Shown: piece after piece, positions 27,617 through 32,000 of the stretch
How the letters are laid out: each line of letters begins with the position of its first letter
Numbering within the stretch: position 1 is the stretch's first letter
Source of the DNA: Pseudomonas aeruginosa
Lineage (GTDB): Bacteria; Pseudomonadota; Gammaproteobacteria; Pseudomonadales; Pseudomonadaceae
DNA: 32,000 nt
Direction: 5' to 3'
NCBI RefSeq assembly: GCF_001457615.1
Contig: NZ_LN831024.1
Coordinates: forward strand, 5,400,001-5,432,000
The notes under the pieces: generated by a model
The model's input: only the letters and a program-made list of their open reading frames with translations
What the model was told of the DNA's origin: nothing
The model's database searches: none
Translations under genes and position numbers: made by a program

Positions 27617-28051
27617 ATGAACATGTTTGCAACCCAAGGCGGCGTCGTCGAACTGTGGGTCACCAAGACCGACACCTATACCTCGACCAAGACCGGGGAA
27701 ATCTACGCCTCGGTCCAGTCCATCGCCCCGATCCCGGAAGGTGCCCGTGGCAACGCCAAGGGCTTCGAGATCAGCGAATACAACATCGAGCCGACCCTGC
27801 TGGACGCCATCGTCTTCGAAGGCCAGCCGGTGCTCTGCAAGTTCGCCAGCGTGGTCCGCCCGACCCAAGACCGTTTCGGCCGGATCACCAATACCCAGGT
27901 CCTCGTGGATCTGCTGGCCGTGGGCGGCAAGCCGATGGCGCCGACCGCCCAAGCCCCGGCCCGCCCGCAAGCACAGGCCCAAGCCCCGCGCCCGGCCCAG
28001 CAGCCGCAGGGCCAGGACAAACAAGACAAGTCCCCGGACGCCAAGGCGTAA
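27617..28051 (+). CDS. Phage single-stranded DNA-binding protein (gpV functional equivalent)
   Basis: ATG 27617 preceded by GAAGGAG; 144 aa, LWVTKTDTYTSTKTGEIYASVQSIAPIPEG...; Pro/Gln/Ala-rich tail typical of SSBs; sits directly upstream of the coat operon. Confidence 0.75.
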   Translation: MNMFATQGGVVELWVTKTDTYTSTKTGEIYASVQSIAPIPEGARGNAKGFEISEYNIEPTLLDAIVFEGQPVLCKFASVVRPTQDRFGRITNTQVLVDLLAVGGKPMAPTAQAPARPQAQAQAPRPAQQPQGQDKQDKSPDAKA

Positions 28052-28067
28052 GCCGTAGGAGGCCGCG

Positions 28068-28160
28068 ATGCTCCGCTATCTCTCGCTGTTCGCGGTAGGT
28101 CTGGCCACCGGCTACGCCTGGGGCTGGATCGACGGCCTAGCGGCCTCCCTGGCTGTTTGA
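28068..28160 (+). CDS. 30-aa hydrophobic phage micro-protein (pVII/pIX-like candidate)
   Basis: RBS TAGGAGG; [30 protein letters not shown]; not in the ORF track. Confidence 0.65.
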   Translation: MLRYLSLFAVGLATGYAWGWIDGLAASLAV

Positions 28161-28171
28161 GGACTGCACGA

Positions 28172-28423
28172 ATGGAAGGCTCTGTATCGGTTCAAGTGTG
28201 CAAGACCTGGGTCCAGAACGCGGACGGCACGGTCGGCTGTACGCACCTTGAGTGGATACAGACCTACCTGCTGCCGCCTGAGGCAGAGGGCTATTTGACT
28301 CTGCTGATGGGTGGTTTCGACCCGTCGGCCTTCCGCCTCGGCTTCGCCGGGACCATCGGGCTGTTCGCCGTTGGTTTGGGGGCTGGCTTGATCATTTCCG
28401 CCATGCGCAAAGCGCGCAATTAA
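28172..28423 (+). CDS. Phage membrane protein (83 aa), Pf structural-region protein
   Basis: MEGSVSVQVCKTWVQNADGTVGC...FAGTIGLFAVGLGAGLIISAMRKARN; C-terminal TM followed by basic residues. Confidence 0.75.
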   Translation: MEGSVSVQVCKTWVQNADGTVGCTHLEWIQTYLLPPEAEGYLTLLMGGFDPSAFRLGFAGTIGLFAVGLGAGLIISAMRKARN

Positions 28424-28436
28424 TGAGGTTCCAATC

Positions 28437-28655
28437 ATGGAAAAAATGAAAACCCTGTTCCGCAACGCTTCCATCGCCACCGTCGGCCTGGCCGTGGCCA
28501 ACGTCTCCTTCGCCGACTCGCTGATCGACGAAACCACCAAGGAAGTGCTGACCCAAGCCGGCACCGACGGCTCGTCCGTGGCCAAGCTGGTGATCGCCGC
28601 CGTGGCGGTGCTGGTCGGCCTCGCCCTGGTCATCGGCGCGATGCGCAAGGCCTGA
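28437..28655 (+). CDS. Major coat protein precursor (pVIII / CoaB-like)
   Basis: Signal peptide ...GLAVANVSFA|DSLIDETTKEVLTQAGTDGSSVAKLVIAAVAVLVGLALVIGAMRKA; predicted mature length 46 aa, acidic N-terminus, TM, basic C-terminus RKA. Confidence 0.9.
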   Translation: MEKMKTLFRNASIATVGLAVANVSFADSLIDETTKEVLTQAGTDGSSVAKLVIAAVAVLVGLALVIGAMRKA

Positions 28656-28656
28656 C

Positions 28657-28734
28657 GTGATCTGGTCCCTGATGCTGGGCGCATTCATGGCGTCCGCGCT
28701 GCTGACGGGATTGAAAATCGGCCAGTATCAGTGA
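28657..28734 (+). CDS. 25-aa hydrophobic micro-protein
   Basis: GTG start 1 nt after the coat stop: MIWSLMLGAFMASALLTGLKIGQYQ; before the terminator. Confidence 0.5.
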   Translation: MIWSLMLGAFMASALLTGLKIGQYQ

Positions 28735-28742
28735 CAGGAGGA

Positions 28743-28764
28743 GGGGCCGAAAGGCCCCTTTTTT
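28743..28764 (+). terminator. Rho-independent terminator after the major coat gene
   Basis: GGGGCC-GAAA-GGCCCC followed by TTTTTT. Confidence 0.93.
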
Positions 28765-29919
28765 ATGCCTCGGTTCATATTGTTGATTATCACGTTGTTA
28801 TTTGGTTCGGCAGCTCATGCCGAATATTATTACTGGTACATGGGTTATTTTAATAAGAAAGTTTCATCCCCTTCGGCTGGCTGTGATCTTTATTTCAGCA
28901 GTTTTTCCAAGGACCCTGGTCGGGTTTTTGTTATGGAACCTTCGTCAAATCCAAGTGAGGCGGGCAAGGTTTTCTATTGTGTGGTTCGTTCTGGTGATTG
29001 GATTCTTTTTAATACGGATGTTTATTTGAAAGGTGATAGGTGTCCTGAGGGAACTGAGCTTGATCTCAGTGCCGGCGAATGCCGGGAGAATAAGTGCAAG
29101 ATTCTGGCTGGCTCGCTCTATGAAAAAGGCGGCCACCAAGCACCGATTTCCCGCTTCATCAATTACCTCGGTTGTGAGATCGCCGTCAGTTCGATTGATG
29201 GTTGTATCGGCCCCGCTGAGGGCGAAGCGGGTGGAACCTTCTGCCGGGTCATCGGCTCGTTCACCGGTAACTGGTTCACCTCCAAGGGCTCCTGTGCTTT
29301 CGGCTGCGACGTGGGCCCGGGCGACGGTCCGCCTCCGGGTGGGGACGGCGGCACCGGGGGCGACGGTGGTAGCAACCCGCCCGGCGGCGACGGTGGAAGC
29401 GATGGCGGCACCAAGCCCGGTAACGGCGGTGGCGATGACGGCTCCAGTGGTGGCGGCGGCGGTGGGGGCGGTGGCGGTAACAACCCCTGTCAGGGCCATG
29501 TTGGCAGTGACTGCGGCACCACGCCCGGCGGTGACGGCAGTAGCGGCGGCGATGGCGACGGGTCCGGCTCCAGCGGCGGGACCGGTGGCGATGGCGGCGA
29601 CGGCTCCGGCGGGGGAGGCCTGAAAGAGCCGAAGCAAGGCTCCTTCGACAAGACCATCAAGGAATACGACGACGCCATCGCCAAGGCGCAAAAGGACTTC
29701 CAGGAACTGCAAGGCAAGTTCGAAAGCGTCCTCGCTTCCAAGTTCGATATTCACCTGGGCACCGGCGGCGGCTCCCTACCGTGTTGGGACTTTACCGCCC
29801 TCGGCCAGCGCTACGACGTCTGCCTCACCCAGTACGCCCAAGAACTCTCCGTCATCCGCTACGTGGTGCTGTTCATCGCCGCGATCCTGGCCGGATGGAT
29901 CGTTTTCTATCGCTCCTGA
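28765..29919 (+). CDS. Minor coat / adsorption protein (pIII / CoaA-like)
   Basis: Signal peptide MPRFILLIITLLFGSAAHA; Cys-rich N-terminal region; Gly/Asp/Ser-rich linkers; C-terminal TM anchor YVVLFIAAILAGWIVFYRS. Confidence 0.88.
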   Translation: MPRFILLIITLLFGSAAHAEYYYWYMGYFNKKVSSPSAGCDLYFSSFSKDPGRVFVMEPSSNPSEAGKVFYCVVRSGDWILFNTDVYLKGDRCPEGTELDLSAGECRENKCKILAGSLYEKGGHQAPISRFINYLGCEIAVSSIDGCIGPAEGEAGGTFCRVIGSFTGNWFTSKGSCAFGCDVGPGDGPPPGGDGGTGGDGGSNPPGGDGGSDGGTKPGNGGGDDGSSGGGGGGGGGGNNPCQGHVGSDCGTTPGGDGSSGGDGDGSGSSGGTGGDGGDGSGGGGLKEPKQGSFDKTIKEYDDAIAKAQKDFQELQGKFESVLASKFDIHLGTGGGSLPCWDFTALGQRYDVCLTQYAQELSVIRYVVLFIAAILAGWIVFYRS

Positions 29920-29928
29920 GGAAACGCC

Positions 29929-30279
29929 ATGGACATTCCCTTTCTCTCCGACATTCTCGCCTGGATGCAATCCCTCTGGGACTTCCTCTACAGCGGCGTC
30001 TATGACTTCGTCACCGACGCCTTTGTCCTGCTGACCAAGATGGCCATCAAGGGCTGGTTCGAGATGCAATTGTTCGTCGCGGAAATCGGCTACAAGGCGT
30101 TCCGCGAAGTCGTCGGCGGCATCGGTATCGGCTCGACCATCACGTCCTATTACTCGTCCCTGGACGGCGACCTGCGCTCGCTGCTGGCGTTCTTCGGCCT
30201 GCCGGACGCGGTGAACATGATCTTCGCCGCCATCGGCACGCGCTTCTCCATGTCCTTCATCCCTTTCATAGGTAAGTGA
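29929..30279 (+). CDS. pVI-like minor coat / membrane protein (DUF2523-type)
   Basis: 116 aa between the pIII-like and Zot-like genes; multiple hydrophobic segments. Confidence 0.82.
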   Translation: MDIPFLSDILAWMQSLWDFLYSGVYDFVTDAFVLLTKMAIKGWFEMQLFVAEIGYKAFREVVGGIGIGSTITSYYSSLDGDLRSLLAFFGLPDAVNMIFAAIGTRFSMSFIPFIGK

Positions 30280-30280
30280 C

Positions 30281-31543
30281 ATGGCGATCAAGATTCATCA
30301 CGGCCCGAACGGCTCCTACAAGACCTCCGGCGCGATCCAAGATGACCTGATCCCCGCGATCAAGAAAGGCCGCGTCATCATCACCAACGTGCGCGGCCTG
30401 ACCCGCGAACGGATCTTCCAGGTGATGCCGGAGACGCCCTCCAGTTGCGACGTCATCAACCTCGACCTCGAGGACCTGGATGACATGGAAAAGATGCGCA
30501 CCTGGTTCATGTGGGCGCCGCGTGGCGCGTTCATCATCTTCGACGAAACCCAACTGATCTTTCTGAAGTCCTGGCGCGAAGCCGACCTCAAGCGCTTCGA
30601 CTTCCCGGACGGCCCGGAAGCGGCCAAGGCAGCCGGGCGGCCCATGGGCTGGCTGGATGCCTGGACCCGGCACCGGCATTTCAACTGGGACATCATCCTC
30701 ACCACGCCGAACATCGCCTATATCCGTGACGACATCCGCATGACGGCGGAAAAGGCCTATCTGCACTCCAACCTCGCCGTCATCGGCATTCGGGGCCGCT
30801 ACAAGGAAAGCCAGCACTCGGCACAGGACAACAAACCGCCGGCCCGCGACGTGATCGTCGAGATCAAGAAAATCCGCCAGGAGACCTTCGCCCTCTATGA
30901 ATCGACAGCCACCGGCTCCGTCACCGACACCATCGCCGGCAAGAGCCTTTTTAGACAACCTAAGATTCTTCTATTCATGGCAATTCCGGCCCTTGCTATT
31001 GGGTCTGTGGTTTATGACGGCGGACCTCGTCTGCTCATGGGCGACCCTGTATCGCCGCCTGCTGCTGGAACTGCTGCGCCTGCTCAAGCCGGTCCTGCTG
31101 TGGGTGCTGCGCGTGCTACTGGTGCGGCTGGTCCTGATGCTGCTGATGATGTACCTGGGCACCCAGGCGTTCCGGGCGCTGCTCCTGTAGGCCATCCCTT
31201 CGCCGGCCGCGACTTCATCGTCAAGGCAACCCTGCTGTCCGCCTCCGGGCGCCGCACCTATCTGTTCGCCGTCCGGGGCCAGGACGGCAGCGAATTCACT
31301 CTCACCGATCGCGACCTGACCGACACCGGCTATGCCGTGGTGCCGCGGGGCAACTGCGCCGCGGAACTGAGCTTCAAGGGCGGTTGGTCCGGCTATGCCG
31401 CCTGCGCCGGGCGTAGCGCCTTGGGCAATGCGCCGCCGGCTCAGGCCGCCGCGCCGAACGTGCCGCCCGCCGCCGCGAACAGCGCCGCCGTGCGGGTGAC
31501 GGTGGTTCCTGACACCAGCCGCTTGCCGCGCTCGATCAACTGA
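30281..31543 (+). CDS. zot: Zona occludens toxin-family (pI-like) assembly ATPase
   Basis: Walker [10 protein letters not shown], Walker [41 protein letters not shown]; TM near residue 230; proline/alanine-rich periplasmic tail. Confidence 0.94.
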   Translation: MAIKIHHGPNGSYKTSGAIQDDLIPAIKKGRVIITNVRGLTRERIFQVMPETPSSCDVINLDLEDLDDMEKMRTWFMWAPRGAFIIFDETQLIFLKSWREADLKRFDFPDGPEAAKAAGRPMGWLDAWTRHRHFNWDIILTTPNIAYIRDDIRMTAEKAYLHSNLAVIGIRGRYKESQHSAQDNKPPARDVIVEIKKIRQETFALYESTATGSVTDTIAGKSLFRQPKILLFMAIPALAIGSVVYDGGPRLLMGDPVSPPAAGTAAPAQAGPAVGAARATGAAGPDAADDVPGHPGVPGAAPVGHPFAGRDFIVKATLLSASGRRTYLFAVRGQDGSEFTLTDRDLTDTGYAVVPRGNCAAELSFKGGWSGYAACAGRSALGNAPPAQAAAPNVPPAAANSAAVRVTVVPDTSRLPRSIN

Positions 31544-31553
31544 GGGGGAGCCG

Positions 31554-31664
31554 ATGAACTGGACAAGCTATTTCGCCGCCCTGGGGCTGGCGTTCCTGGC
31601 CTATCTGGCGGGCTTTTTCTTCGCGGTGGCGGTGACGCCGACGGGGCCGGTATGGCCGCTGTAG
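31554..31664 (+). CDS. 36-aa single-pass membrane ORF
   Basis: RBS GAGGGGGAG; MNWTSYFAALGLAFLAYLAGFFFAVAVTPTGPVWPL; not in the ORF track. Confidence 0.5.
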   Translation: MNWTSYFAALGLAFLAYLAGFFFAVAVTPTGPVWPL

Positions 31665-31800
31665 CCGGCCTGGCCGGGGCGCGCGCGAACGGCTCGTCTC
31701 GGAGTGAGCAAGCGCCACGGCGGGGCCGGCCGACGCCCCTGTAACACGTCAGATAAACGCCCTGTGTTTTGGACATTAATGGACATTGTTGGGTAAGCCC

Positions 31801-32000
31801 ATGAAGAAAGTGAAACCGATTCATCAAAACCGCCTCCTGTTGCAACCCGACGGGCAGTTGCTGGATTCCCCCAAGGGACGGCTCTTCGTTGATTCCATAA
31901 CGGGGGCGTTCACCGACCTGTCAGGCGTGCGCATCCTGCGGTGCGGCGTGGACACGGTGCGACAGTTGTACAACGGCAAGTTGCGCCCGGAAGTGATGGC
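31801..32000 (+). CDS. Start of a probable phage replication initiator (Rep), truncated by window end
   Basis: MKKVKPIHQNRLLLQPDGQLLDSPKGRLFVDSITGAFTDLSGVRILRCGVDTVRQLYNGKLRPEVMA...; position after zot matches the Pf gene order; family call is from position and N-terminal resemblance only. Confidence 0.55.
   Translation, partial: MKKVKPIHQNRLLLQPDGQLLDSPKGRLFVDSITGAFTDLSGVRILRCGVDTVRQLYNGKLRPEVM

Larger units (their letters stand above)
24746..32000. mobile_element. Filamentous phage (inovirus, Pf-like) prophage, left part; right end beyond the window
   Basis: tRNA 3' end boundary, repressor/excisionase switch, SSB, 46-aa mature coat protein, terminator, pIII-, pVI- and Zot-like genes in canonical order, start of a probable Rep. 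Confidence 0.93.

Noticed and set aside
28945-29754. 269-aa minus-strand ORF opposite the pIII-like gene
   Set aside because: Ala/Thr/Val low-complexity translation caused by glycine-rich codons on the opposite strand.
30897-31190. 97-aa hydrophobic ORF overprinted in zot ([31 protein letters not shown])
   Set aside because: Most of it is the shifted reading of the Pro/Ala/Gly-rich Zot linker; Leu richness follows from composition and no RBS is evident. Kept only as a low-priority overprinting idea.
24746-32000. CRISPR array, retron, DGR or known toxin-antitoxin module in the prophage
   Set aside because: No regularly spaced repeats, no reverse-transcriptase motif and no recognisable TA pair in the visible part; they could still exist past the window end.

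Overview
Two zones. (A) About 1-24,745 looks like conserved Pseudomonas aeruginosa-type chromosome: 3' end of an S-adenosylmethionine decarboxylase gene, spermidine synthase homolog, pmrA-pmrB, cueR, nucleotidyltransferase, two EamA/DMT transporters, RIO-type kinase, CheY/HD-GYP-like regulator, Lrp/AsnC regulator, thiolase, FabG-like reductase, AraC regulator, MaoC dehydratase, MazG-like protein, cmoM, DUF4136-type lipoproteins, glycerophosphodiesterase, GNAT, DsrE-like, GcvH-like, GrpB-like, P-loop kinase, methyltransferase, UPF0149 and carbon-nitrogen hydrolase genes, plus several REP-like palindromes. (B) From about 24,746 to the window end is the left part of a filamentous (inovirus, Pf-like) prophage. 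It abuts a 27-nt tRNA 3' end fragment that best fits tRNA-Sec (selC). It carries an AT-rich two-gene cargo block, a C-like repressor with divergent operator repeats, an excisionase-like DNA-binding gene, small early genes, an ssDNA-binding protein, several tiny membrane/coat ORFs, a major coat protein predicted to mature to 46 aa, a strong terminator, a pIII-like adsorption protein with an AT-rich N-terminal module, a pVI-like protein, Zot/pI, a 36-aa membrane ORF and the start of a probable replication initiator. The integrase and the other att site are not visible. I do not see proof of an entirely new system. The best leads are the unexplained AT-rich cargo pair, the swapped receptor-binding module, the unannotated micro-ORFs and hairpins of the phage, the lipoylatable GcvH-like/DsrE-like pair in the core, and an apparent 1-nt frameshift at the end of the FabG-like gene.
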